A stretch of DNA of 29,363 bases from Chiloscyllium plagiosum (taxonomy: Eukaryota): assembly GCF_004010195.1 (NCBI RefSeq), contig NC_057718.1, positions 100,696,411 to 100,725,773 of the forward strand, written 5' to 3'. Below the pieces are notes generated by a model. The model saw only the letters and a program-made list of their open reading frames with translations. It made no database searches and was not told where the DNA came from. The translations under genes were made by a program, and so were the position numbers. Positions 11,825 to 22,492 of the stretch are shown here, piece by piece. Each line of letters opens with the position of its first letter. The stretch's first letter is position 1.

Positions 11825-12040
11825 TCGAGAGTGTGGTGCTGGAACACCACAGCAGGTCAGGCAGCGTTCAAGAGGCTGGAGAATCGACGTTTTGGGTATA
11901 AGTACAGGAAAGGGCTGATGAAGGGCTTTTGCCCGAAATGTTGATTCTCCTGCTCCTCGAATGCTGCCTGACCTGCTGTGCTTTCCCAGCACCACACTCT
12001 CGACTCTGATCTCTAGCATCTGCAGTCCTCACTTTCTACC
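11825..12040 (+). mobile_element. Palindromic Penelope-like element, type A, with hammerhead core at 11915-11942
   Basis: 78-bp inverted arms 11825-11902 and 11926-12003; CTGATGA A GGGC-TTTT-GCCC GAAA TG TT. Confidence 0.7.
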
Positions 12041-12109
12041 TGCAATTGAGATTCCCACTGGATCCAGCACAGTCAGAGGAAAAATGATAATTTCAGGAAA
12101 GTCACATAC

Positions 12110-12839
12110 CATATTCAATTTCATGCTCTGAAGAACTCCAACTTATCAAACACCTTTCTTGATTTTCGTGATTCCTTGCTTCTAATTGTTTCCCCATATC
12201 TTGATTTATGTTAAGATTTTTCTTCGGCTGTTTCTTCTGTTTGGATGTGGATTTTACCTGTTTTGCACTTATCTGCTCCATCTCTTTATCACTGCTTTCA
12301 GCACCATCATCTTTAATTACACCCATCTCATTGGCAGGTCCTTTAAGCTTTTCATGTTTAACTGGTGTCTTAGTAGACTCTTCAACATGATTGTTGTTCA
12401 ACTTTTCAGTTTCCAGGTCCTGCCTTGCCGCCTTATCCACATCAGATTTCAAAAACATCCCCTGCTTTCCCTTCTTTTTGTCCAATGCGGTGCCTTTTGC
12501 ATCTTTCTTGGGACCATCCTTTCCTCTCTGTTTCAGATTTTTCTTAACCTTTCCTCTTCTTTTCTCCTTCACGTCTTCACCTTCTCCTAGGTCAGAGTCC
12601 TCGGAATCCAAGTCATAAAATCGCTTCAGGTCCTCTGTGGTGCTGTGGTTGATTGGTCTTCCTCGCTTGTCCACTGTGTAATTCAGTTTGAACTTCTTAT
12701 CATGAAACATCCCCTGAAATCTCTTATCAATCTTGATCTTACGTTCCTTGTCAGGCATCTCCCAGAACCTGGGGTCAGTCATCACCTGACTGAAACGTCC
12801 ATCGTTCATGATTTCCTGGGATCTTGACACCATTTTCAT
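12110..12839 (-). CDS. ESF1: ESF1 first coding exon (exon 2; exon spans 12110-12861 including 22 nt of 5'UTR)
   Basis: ORF MKMVSRSQEIMNDGRFSQVMTDPRFWEMPDKERKIKIDKRFQGMFHDKKFKLNYTVDKRGRPINHSTTEDLKRFYDL matches the recalled vertebrate ESF1 N-terminus. Acceptor ttgttgttgcag| lies before 12861 and donor G|gtatgt at 12109 is phase 1, compatible with the next exon. Start is ATG 12839 or 12833. Confidence 0.95.
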
Positions 12840-12994
12840 TCAATTTTCTGACTTGATAAAACTGCAACAACAAAAATACAACTTTCAATGAATAAATATC
12901 TCAGGGAAAATAAAGCAAGTTGAAATATCAAAAGTGAAGTGGTTACATTTTTCTCCGAGACAGAGATTTTCTGAACTACAATTTACATAAATAC

Positions 12995-13480
12995 AAACAT
13001 ACAGATCAAGAGCAGAAGGTCATTCAGGCCCTCGAGCCTACTCCGCCATTCAATAAGATTATAGCTGATCTGATTGTAACCTCAAATCCGGATTCCCCCC
13101 ATAAAAACCGAAAGAACTGCAGATGCTATAAATCAGACAAAAACAGAAATTGCTGGAAAAGCTCAGGTCTGGCCGGAGAGAAATCAGAGTTGACATTTTA
13201 GATTGAGCGACCCTTCCTCAGTTCTGACTCAGCCAGACCTACTGAGCTTTTCCAGAAATTTCTATTTTTGTCTATAACCTTTCACCCCCTTGCTTAACAA
13301 GAATCTACCTACATTTGCCTTAAAAATACTCAAGGACTCTGTTTCCTTCGTTGTTTCAGAAAGAGACCACGATCCTTAGTCGTTTCAGAGAGAGAGACCA
13401 CGATCCTTAGTGAGAAATGATTTCACTGATCTCAGTTTTAAATGGGTCACCCCAATCATTTGAACAGTCCTTGAGGAATA
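12995..13480 (-). mobile_element. CR1 3' end interrupted by a palindromic element (13102-13273)
   Basis: Reverse CR1 tail (GAGCAGAAGGTCATTCAGGCCCTCGAGCCTACTCCGCCATTCAATAAGAT) that resumes after 13273. Confidence 0.7.
13102..13273. mobile_element. Palindromic Penelope-like element, type B (degenerate hammerhead)
   Basis: Inverted arms ~13134-13172 and 13232-13273; minus strand CTGAGGA A GGGTC...AAAA TG TC. Related to 630-726. Confidence 0.55.
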
Positions 13481-14449
13481 AACATATTTTGCTTTACCCT
13501 CACAGCACCTTCCAATGAAATCCCAACTAAGAACAGGCAATCTACTACCAAGCCTTTATACATGCAGTCCCTTGACAATTGCTTATGAAGGGCTTATGCC
13601 CGAAATGTCGATTCTCCTGCTCCTCAGATGCTGCCTGACCTGTGTTTTTCCAGCGTCACATTTTCGACAATATCAAATAGTTGGCAAAAATGATCTTATT
13701 TGCATTAAGCTCTACATGGCCATAGTGCCTGTTAATTAAATCTGGAACCTGCCTTGTGTAAAATCACTGTTATTAGCTTGTCCTTCCACCAGTTAGACCT
13801 ATTGCTGAGGTCCACTTTGCAGTATTTCAAATGTCCACAATGCCCAAAAGCAGCTCTGCCTTGGCTGTGATAGTTATAAGAAGATTACTGTGGAAAACTC
13901 CACAGAAATATTCCCAAAAAGACGTCTTGTTGATGAATGCCCCATTGATCTATATGGGCAGACAAAAATAACAACTGCCGATTGATATACAAAAAGCACT
14001 GTATGTCAACTGTTGCTTTGAAAACCATATATTTCCAATTTTGGGCAAATATTAATAGAAATGTTGGAAACACTCAGCAGGTCAGGCAGCATCAGTGAAC
14101 AGAGCAACACAACTCGTCAGTTTTAACAAAAGATCGTCAAATTGATAACTCTCTTTCTCTCATTATCAATGTTACCTGACCTGCTGAAAGTTTGCCAATG
14201 CTTATAGTATTTATTGGTTTTTTGTGCTGTAAGTCATTTGCTGTAACTGGAGCTGGAACAACATTTGATGGTTTCTCTGTCACTGAATAAACTATTCAGT
14301 TAATTCTGTAGTGTAAAAGTATGATTGTCATTAGCGAGTTTTGCGAGGTCATTGTCATTGCCAAATCATGAATTGCTTGGTTTACTTTCAATACTTCTCT
14401 CATGATCTTTATGAGATGCAGGTATCGACCGTTACTGTTTCATTATTCT

Positions 14450-14828
14450 TTAACAGGATGAGGGAGTCACTGGCCAGGCAGAATTCATTGCCCATCCCTA
14501 ATTGCCCAAAGGGCATTTGAGAGTCAACCCCATTGTTGTGGGTCTGGATTCACATGTAGGCCAGTCCAGGTAAGGATGGCAGACTTCCTTGCCTACAGGA
14601 CATTAACGAACCAGATAGGTTTTTCCCAACAAGTGGCAATGGATTTATAGTAGTAGTCATTAGATTCTTAATTCCAAATTATACAAAATATAGGGCAGAA
14701 AGCAGGTGTTCAGTTCCAGATATTCCAACATCTACCATCTTGGGATTCGAACACAGGTGCCTGGAATGTTATCTGGGTCTCTGGTTTAACAGTCCAGTGA
14801 CAATATCACTAGGCCATCGTATCCCCAC
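14450..14828 (-). mobile_element. tRNA-derived SINE, Deu-SINE/SacSINE1-like
   Basis: Minus-strand A box TGGCCTAGTG and B-box-like TGTTCGAATCC; homologous to 21870-22152. Family name is from recall. Confidence 0.7.
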
Positions 14829-15219
14829 TATCCAACCCTGCCTTAGCTCATCTACGTACACCCTCACTTATGCTTTCTCTACCTCCAGATCTAACTGTTC
14901 CCAATGCACTCCTGATCAACATTCCAGCTTCCCCTTGCTTGTTGTTGGTAGCTGCTCCTACCAGATCTGCTATCAACAGTATATTGTGATCATCCATCCA
15001 ACACCAGCCTCACTCCTCTGCAATCACTCTATTCCATCCATCAGCTAACTATGTCTCACTAATGCTGCTTTCTGCTGCCCTCTATATTGCCCTCAAATAG
15101 AAAGCTCTATGTTTGTTTCAGATTTCCAGCACCCACAGCATTTTGCTTTTATTTTTGGCTAGCTCAACAATTCTTTTAATTTCTAAATCTCATCTACCAT
15201 CTTCTTTATTATTTATCCA

Positions 15220-15377
15220 AGATGTGATGGGACCAGTGTTGGACTGGGGTGGGTGGACAAAGTCAGAAATCACACGACATGAGGTTATAGTCCAACAAGC
15301 GTATTTGAATGCTCAAGCTTTCAGAGTGCTGCTCCTTCATCAGGTTGGACTATAACCTGGTGTCGTGCAACTTCTGA
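15220..15377 (-). mobile_element. Palindromic Penelope-like element, type C, hammerhead core on the minus strand
   Basis: Arms 15263-15296 and 15344-15377; minus strand CTGATGA A GGAG-CAGCA-CTCT GAAA GC TT (15343-15315). Confidence 0.65.
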
Positions 15378-15684
15378 AATTAGATATCCAAAACAGACTT
15401 ACCAATATTCCAGCATGACACCACCCACTTCAACCTTCGTTCTAGTTTCTAACTTTAAGGTCATCCAAAATTCTACTCCTACATCCATATTATTGTGTTA
15501 TATCTGAAGATGAGTCTTTCAGTACACCTTTATTTCACAAGTGACCTTAGAGTATAACAATCTTATAGTTCATATTATCCCAGGATCATTTGAACCATAG
15601 GATTCTACTGGAAGCATGTCCCTATGTTATAATTAATACCTTAATTTTGTCCATTTATGTGTGAATGTAATGTTTCTACATAAT

Positions 15685-16110
15685 GTTTGACCGACAGGGA
15701 GAGGCTGAATAGGCTGGGGCTTTATTTTCCCTGGAGCACTGTAGGCTGGGAGGGTGACCTATATAAAATCATGAGGGGCATGGATAGGGTAAACAGCCAA
15801 GGTCTTTTCCTCAAGGACTCCAAAACTAGAGGGCAAAGGTTTAAGGTGAGAGGGGAAACATTTAAAAAAGGACCCGAGAGATAACTTTTTCATGCAGAGG
15901 GTGGTGCATGTACGGAATGAGCTGCCAGAGGAAATGGTGGAGGCTGGTACAATTACAACATTTAAAAGGTATCTGGATGGGTATATGAATTGGAAGGTTT
16001 TAGAGAAATATGGATCAAATGCTGGCAAATGGGATTGGGACAGTTTAGGATTTCTAGTCAGCATTTACGAGTTGGACCAAAGGGTCTGTTTCTGTCCTGT
16101 TTGACTCTAC
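15685..16110 (+). mobile_element. CR1 3' fragment
   Basis: RERLNRLGL and QRVVHVRNELPEEMVEAGTITTFKRYLDGYM; same family as 8720-9300. Confidence 0.9.
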
Positions 16111-16658
16111 GATAGTTGTAATAAATGTCTGTTGGATTCTTCAACATCATCATATCCACACCCACATCGTTATATTGCAGAGGATAATGTAAGCATTGCC
16201 ACGTCGGGCTGGGTATACCCATAAGACATAGGACCCCATCATACCTGCTCCAGCAGTCAATGAAATCATGTCCGATCCAACACCCCTCAGCAAGTCTTAT
16301 TCTCCCATCTCAAACAACAATTTCTAAAATGTCCTCACTCACATCACCTCCCAAATTCCATGAGCTCTTTCAGTACTGTCGAGATATTTCCTCTACGTCC
16401 GTAGAGGATGGAAACAAGCCCTTCGTTCCAACTCGTCTGTGCCAACCAGGTTCCCTGGTATGAACTAGTCCCAGGGACCTTTGTTTAACCCATATCCCTC
16501 TAACCTTTCACATCCACAATCCTTTAAATGTTGGGACTGCATCTGCCACTAGAGTGACTTGGTCTCAAACTCCACCCATTTACTCTTACTGATCGCCCTG
16601 GGTGAACAGGAGGGCCTAGAATAGCAATACCACTAGAATTTAATTATATCCTCCCGCC

Positions 16659-16730
16659 GCCCCCCAGTTGGATTCGAACCCGCCACCCCAGTTTCACCAG
16701 GCGCTGACAGTACCGCTCGGCCAAGGGAAA
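16659..16730 (-). other. tRNA-like element with consensus Pol III A and B boxes (tRNA pseudogene or solitary SINE head)
   Basis: Minus strand reads TTTCCCT TGGCCGAGCGGT ACTGTCAGCGCCTGGTGAAACTGGGGTGGCG GGTTCGAATCC AACTGGGGGGC. A box 16723-16712, B box 16680-16670. Cloverleaf stems are imperfect. Confidence 0.65.
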
Positions 16731-16854
16731 GGGCATAGTCGCTGGGCAACCAGCCGTGTGCCCATATCGCGCGTACCCACCTCAGATCCGCGTGCAACCC
16801 CAGGCCAGTGTCCCCTGACCCTTCACCTCCACCCGGGGGCGTGCTCAAGCTTAC

Positions 16855-16990
16855 GGCACCTCTTCCACCGTGGCGGGGAGAGGGGGGGGTGATTAGTTTC
16901 CAGCTCCGCTCAACCTCTTCCGACACCGACCGCCGCTCTCCCTGAAAACCCCCCTCTCCTCTCCTATCCGTGGTGAATGGTTCGGTCGGG
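16855..16990 (-). other. ESF1: Putative non-coding exon 1 of ESF1
   Basis: Exon 2 begins at a splice acceptor, so an upstream exon is required. A minus-strand donor GGTGCC|gtaagc (16854-16849) lies in the CpG island just beyond the NRF1 site. The TSS boundary is a guess. Confidence 0.5.
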
Positions 16991-16997
16991 GTCGCCA

Positions 16998-17009
16998 GGC
17001 GCATGCGCC
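16998..17009. promoter_or_regulatory. NRF1-type binding palindrome
   Basis: Perfect 12-bp palindrome GGCGCATGCGCC containing the NRF1 core GCGCATGCGC, at the centre of the divergent promoter. Confidence 0.75.
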
Positions 17010-17173
17010 GTGCTGGCGTGCTCAGCTCCTTCCAGTCGGCGGGGAGGCTCGGGTGAGTTTATATCCGGTCGCAGCTCCCGGAGAGCGGGAGAGAAAGGAC
17101 AGAGGGAAGGGCGCCAGTGTTACCGTCACGCTTTCCGCGGCCTTCCCCCACTCAGTCGGCGCCCTGGGGATAG

Positions 17174-17416
17174 ATGAGCGGGATTCCCTGCCGACTCCGC
17201 TGCTGGCCCGCCCGGTATGATGGGTGCCTCTGGTTTTTCTCCAGCCTCGGCCATCCTTCGGGCTCCGGGAGCATCGCCCGCTCCACCGGGTGGCGGCCTT
17301 GGTCATCGAGGTTCGACAGCCCGATGAACGTGTTTGACAGAAAGATGAAACGGCGGCAGAAAAACTGGGCGTCCTCCCTCCCCGAAAGCGGAAAATATGA
17401 TTATCTGAAAGAGGAG
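17174..17416 (+). CDS. NDUFAF5: NDUFAF5 coding exon 1 (probable mitochondrial presequence plus MNVFDRKMKRRQKNWA)
   Basis: ATG directly preceded by an in-frame TAG. 81 codons ending ...KYDYLKEE, donor |gtttgc; the C-terminal half matches recalled NDUFAF5. Confidence 0.93.
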
Positions 17417-18054
17417 GTTTGCACATTAATAAATCACGTTTTACAACGATATGTAGGCATTAAGTAACACTTAAAACCAATAGTACAAGTTGCTCGCTTG
17501 GTGTAAGCTATGGCTGAAATATCTCTTCACACTCATTCATTAGAAATGAGGCCATTTAGCCCCTCTGACCTGTTCCTGCCATTCATTGGGATCTCAACTC
17601 TTCATTCGTTTGTGGAATGTAGACATTATTGGTATGGTCAGTATTAAGAGTCCAACCCTAATTGCCCTTCAGTTGTCACTCAGCCTTGTCAGATGGCAGT
17701 CAAAAGAATTGAGTCAGTCTCCGACAGATCTGGAATCATATGCCCTCATCCTGTTTGCCTTTCATCACCTTTTAACCCTCATTGATCCCCAGTCAAGCAT
17801 TGGTCTCAATTTTAAATTCTCCTCAAATCCCTCCATAGCCTTGTTCTTCCCCGTCTGTGGCACCTCTTCCAGACCCAAAACCCCCTGCGTTGCTCTCTTT
17901 CTGGCCCCTTCAGCCTCCCTGATTTCAGACACTTCATTAAGGGGTATGCCTTCAGCTGTATGGTCCCGCAGCACTGAAATTCACTCTCCTCCTTTAAGGC
18001 ACTCATTAAAGTCTGCCTTCTTGACCTAGATTTTGGTCACATTGTCCAAAAAGC

Positions 18055-18870
18055 AGTAGAAATAGAAGCAGCAGTAGTCAATCAAACCCTGACTGATCTG
18101 CCCTCAATCCTGCTATTTTTTTTAAATCTATCTGCATCCTCTTTAAATACTTCCTGTGATCTACCTCCACAATTGTCTGGTGTAGAGAATTCAGACATTA
18201 ATTACCCTCTACGAGAAGAAATTCTTTCTCATCTCAGTTTTAAATTAGATTAGATTCCCTACAGTGTGGAAACAGGCCCTTTGGCCCAACAAGTCCACAC
18301 CGACCCTCTGAAGAGTAACCCACCTGACTAATGCACCTAACACTTTGGGCAATTTAGCATGGCCAATCACCTGACCTGCACATCTTTGGATTGTGGGAGG
18401 AAACTGTAATTATGTTCCGTAATTTGAGATTACCCCACTAGTGGAAATTCTCAACACCTACGTATCAAGCCCCCTCAGAATCTTGTATGTTTCAATGAGG
18501 TCATCCCTCATTCTTTTAAATTGTAATGAATAAAGACCTAACCTGTTTAGCCATTCTGGATAAGGCAACCCATTCATCCCAACCTAGTGAATCTCTTTTG
18601 AACTCCTCCAATGTCAATATATCCAGTTTTAAACACAAGGATCAAAACTGTGCACATACTGCAGATGCAGCCGTACCAACACCTTGTGCGGTTGGAACGA
18701 GACTTTCTCATTGTTTTAATATTCAGTTCCCTCACATTGGAAAGCAAAATTCCTTTTGCTTTATTAAACACTTGGTGTGCTTGTAAGTTAAATTTATGTT
18801 ATATTCAGAAGAACAACCAGATGGCTGTTTGCTTTTTGAGAGCCTCTCTCTGTCTACTTAAACAATAGTC
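18055..18870 (-). mobile_element. CR1 3' fragments containing a 5'-truncated HE1-type SINE (18245-18404)
   Basis: GVQKRFTRL peptide; reverse SINE tail TTAGATTAGATTCCCTACAGTGTGGAAACAGGCCC. Confidence 0.75.
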
Positions 18871-19488
18871 TGCCTTTTGACTAAATCCTTATATAGCATG
18901 GTGTCATATTTTGTCTTAATGTTCCTGTGATATTTCATTTTGTTAAAGGAATTATGTAAATGTTTGACTCTTTGATACCCTTGGGATAGTCTGCTTAAAA
19001 CATGACTCTAGTTTTGATGTTATACTGATCATAACTGAAAATAAGTCTGTAAGGAATAGGGTGAGGAGTAGGCTATTTGATCCATTGTGTTTGTTCTGCC
19101 AGGTCTAGCCTTAACCCCTACTTTATGCATTCTGGAAGCAGATATAAAATATTCGGTTGGAAAGTGCCTGACCTGAAAGCTTCTAATTTGAGAGATCACC
19201 AGAGGAAATGAAATTATCTGTTTGCAGGGAGTAGGTAGGGGATGGGGGGGAACGGAGACACACTTGCACCTACATCTTGTACGAAAACCTGGGAGAGGTG
19301 AGGGGGTTGGGATTTACTGGATGAAGCCTGTAAGAGAGGAACAGGCCATTTGGCCCCTCGAGTCTGGTTCTGCCATTCAGTTAGATTATGGCTGATCGAT
19401 TATGAAGCAAACCGTTTCTTTATATTTAAGTTGCAGTCATGAGCTATCTTTTTATCCTCTAGATCACAATAATTTTGCAATTGTGCAG

Positions 19489-19529
19489 GTTGGAAGCAGA
19501 GTTGTGGACCGTGTTTTTGATATTGTAAG
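19489..19529 (+). CDS. NDUFAF5: NDUFAF5 exon 2
   Basis: tgcag|VGSRVVDRVFDIV(R)|gtaagt; 41 nt, phase 0/2. Confidence 0.95.
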
Positions 19530-19693
19530 GTAAGTTTGACATCATTGTGTTATCTCTTCAGTAATGACTAGTTCAGTATTTTGTATATCTGCAGTGTGCT
19601 CAACCTTCTAATCTTTCTGTCTTCCAGTTCAAATGCTAGCACAATTTTGTTGGAAATTTTATGTATGTGTGATTTAATTTTGTTTTGCTTTAG

Positions 19694-19757
19694 AACTTTT
19701 CCCCTTGCATTGGACATTGGTTGCGGAAAAGGCTATATAGCAGAAAATCTAAACAAG
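19694..19757 (+). CDS. NDUFAF5: NDUFAF5 exon 3 (SAM-binding motif I)
   Basis: ctttag|[21 protein letters not shown]|gtaaca; 64 nt; DxGxGxG motif. Confidence 0.96.
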
Positions 19758-20619
19758 GTAACATTAGCTCAGATAGTGGCAAATACTTTATTTTAAATCT
19801 GAAGGCGATGTATAAATGTTCATTCTCATTGCAGATCTGGTTTTAAGTTGTATCATCTTTAGTTCTCTGCCCAAAGGAAGGTCTGACCCACAGTGCTGTG
19901 ATCCCCACCACAGGAAGGGCAAAGAGCCAGGTCCCAAATCTATCCAGGCAGACTAGGATCAAATCCCGTGATGTCACCACCAATCTGAAGCAAGATGCTT
20001 CAAGGTTCTTTCCATCACATGGCTGATCGGGATAACCAGGGAGACGCCTTGCCCACTCTTACTGCCCGCGACTGCACTGACATGTGTTGGTAGCATTTGC
20101 AAGTTGAAAGTTGATCTACTTGGCTACATAGTGATCACACCTTCCTTGGCCGTTGGACTTGAACCCAGAGCTTCTGGCTCAGAGTCAGAATGCTATCCAC
20201 TGCACTCCAATGGTGCCTATTTAAATCACATACCATTTTAAAGTTTCTCCTTTTTCCTGTATTAAAAAATGGTTTAAAATTTGTAGCTCTTAGAGTGTAG
20301 AAAATATGAGCAGTTGGGTTATTGCAGCCTTCCAAAATGATATGTGATGTAGTTGTGCTTGCTGGTTGGTACAGTTTAGGCTGGTTTCTGAGTTAAATTT
20401 GAATTCCACCTGATATCACACTTTAACTTTCTAGTTCTTACACCAGAAGTTCTGCACAATTTTTTGTGGTATCAGACTTCTGTAATTCTCCACTTATTAT
20501 GTCTTTGTATGAACTGTCCTGAGCTACAACACTGCCATTAAACTCTGGATTAGTCAGGGTGTCTAATATTACACCAGCTGTTCTCTATGTGACCATAAAT
20601 GAATCAAACTCTTGAACAT

Positions 20620-21160
20620 TGTTTAGGCCATTTTTGGAATACTGCGTTCAGATCTGGTCTCCCTCCTTTTGGAAGGACGTTGTGAAACTTTAAAGGGTTC
20701 AGAAAAGATTTACAAGGATGTTGGCAGGGTTGGAGGGTGAGCTATGGGGAGATGCTGAATAAGCTAGCACTGTTTTCCCTGGAGTGTCGGAGACTGAGGG
20801 GTTACCGTAGAGGTTTATAAAATCATGAGGGGCATGGAGAGGGTGAATAGCACCCCCCCCCCTCCAAAAAAAAGCTAGAGGTCATAAATACAAGGTGAGG
20901 GGAGAAAGATTTCAAAGAAACCTAAAGGACAACATTTTCATGCAGAGGGTGGTGTGTGTGGAATGAACTGCCAGAGGAGGTGGACGAGGCTGGTACGTTT
21001 ACAATATTTAAGAGGCATCTGGATGGGTGTGTCAGTAGGAAGGGTTTAGAGGGATATGGGCCATATGCTGGCAGATGGGATGAAATTAATTTAGAATATC
21101 TGGTCAACATGGACAAGTTGGACCGAAGGTTTGTTTCTGTGCTGTACAACTCTATGACTC
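20620..21160 (+). mobile_element. CR1 3' fragment
   Basis: LEYCVQIWSP-like start and WNELPEEVDEAGTFTIFKRHLD. Confidence 0.9.
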
Positions 21161-21362
21161 ATTCTTCTAAAACTGAAGCATTTCTTACATCTGAGAATCT
21201 AAATTTATATTTAGGTCTCTTTTTGTCAATTGAATAAAACCTTTATAGTTCACAGAAATTCCGATACCCCTAACGGAACCTATTATTCAGAACAGTGAAT
21301 AGATTGGAGTAATTCTGTGTAAAAGAAAAATTAGTTTGAGTTTTCTACTTGTTTCATTTCAG

Positions 21363-21410
21363 GAAACAGTTCAAACGCTCTTTCAAGTTGATATTGCAGA
21401 CAATGTTTTG
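21363..21410 (+). CDS. NDUFAF5: NDUFAF5 exon 4
   Basis: tttcag|ETVQTLFQVDIADNVL|gtaagt; 48 nt. Confidence 0.94.
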
Positions 21411-21869
21411 GTAAGTACACCAATGGATTTCTTTATGCTGTGTTTTACTCAGACTTTAGTGAAATGTATAACGATTATACCCTCAATTGTGATTTTATTC
21501 AGAGGGTATTGCCTTCACTGGCTAGAACTAGCGTTTATTTCCCATTTCTTTTTGTCCTTGACAATGCAGTGGTGAGCCGAGCTTCTCGAACTGGTGCAGT
21601 CCTTTTGATGTCGAGACATTCAGTGTAAACATATGACTTCTAAACTGAAGGGAATATTTTCTCTCAACTCGCAAACAAAGTCATTATCTTCCACTTTCCC
21701 ATTGTTAAATTGGAAACAAAGGCTGTTTTGATCTCTGCGTCAGTTCACAGACCTACTGCTCCCCACTATACTGTTGGAAGCAATGACCAAGCTTCTGGAA
21801 TACTGAGCCCAAGAATTATTAGTTGAAAGAAATTAAGGAGGTACAAAATAGAAAGCTTTTGTATTCATC

Positions 21870-22152
21870 CACTGCTAGTGCAGCATTTATTGTTCATCTC
21901 TAATTTATCAGCTGTGGAGTCACACGTAGGCCAGACCAGATAGGGATGGTAATTATCTTTCCTCAAAGATATTACTGAACCAGATAGATTTTTCCAACAA
22001 TCAACAGTGTCATCGTTATCATTATACTCTTAATTCCAGATATATTTTGTTCAAATTCCACAATCTGTCATGGTGGGATTTAAACCTGGATTGCAGAACG
22101 TCAGCAGGGTCTCTGGATTACTAGTGTACTGGCAATATCACTAGACCATCGC
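21870..22152 (-). mobile_element. tRNA-derived SINE (same family as 14450-14828)
   Basis: Collinear similarity to 14450-14828. Confidence 0.7.
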
Positions 22153-22492
22153 TTAGTGATTAATTGTTTTAGAATGTTGTGGATTGTCTCAGCTGCTGTG
22201 GTGGAATTTGTCGCAGTTGACAAAAATCAAGCAGTGTTTTCAAAGCAGATTACTGGATTTGTATTGATCTGAGGCCTCCTCAGTGAGACGGGAGCTCTTA
22301 AATTAAATAAAAATGTTTTTCAGCTTTGTAGTTACATAATATCAATCAGGCAGTGCAAACTTTCAAGGAAGGAACTGTGAGGAAATTGAAATAGTGTTGA
22401 GTTAATTGTATGGTGCAGGTTTGTTCCCTTAATAACTGTACCAGTTGGACAGTTCTAATTTTGTAACTTGTGGTTTAAATGTTGTTTTACAG

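Larger units (their letters stand above)
16650..17400. promoter_or_regulatory. CpG island / bidirectional promoter of ESF1 and NDUFAF5
   Basis: The only strongly GC- and CpG-rich stretch in an AT-rich window; lies between the 5' ends of two divergent genes. Confidence 0.85.

Noticed and set aside
12145..12156. Alternative ESF1 exon 2 donor (AG|gtgttt)
   Set aside because: Phase 2, incompatible with the phase-1 start of exon 3; the donor at 12109 fits.
13582..13612. Functional hammerhead (also 690-726, 4556-4592, 13187-13225)
   Set aside because: Core mutated (CTTATGA, CTGGGGA, CTGCTGA, or GAAA changed to AAAA); counted only as decayed family members.
16659..16730. Functional tRNA gene
   Set aside because: T stem has two mismatches, there is no 7-nt anticodon loop and no oligo-T terminator.
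16633..17426. Overlapping ORFs in the CpG island
   Set aside because: Expected in GC-rich DNA; only 17174-17416 matches a known protein. Upstream ATGs 16977 and 17003 are not in frame with it even after the candidate UTR splice.
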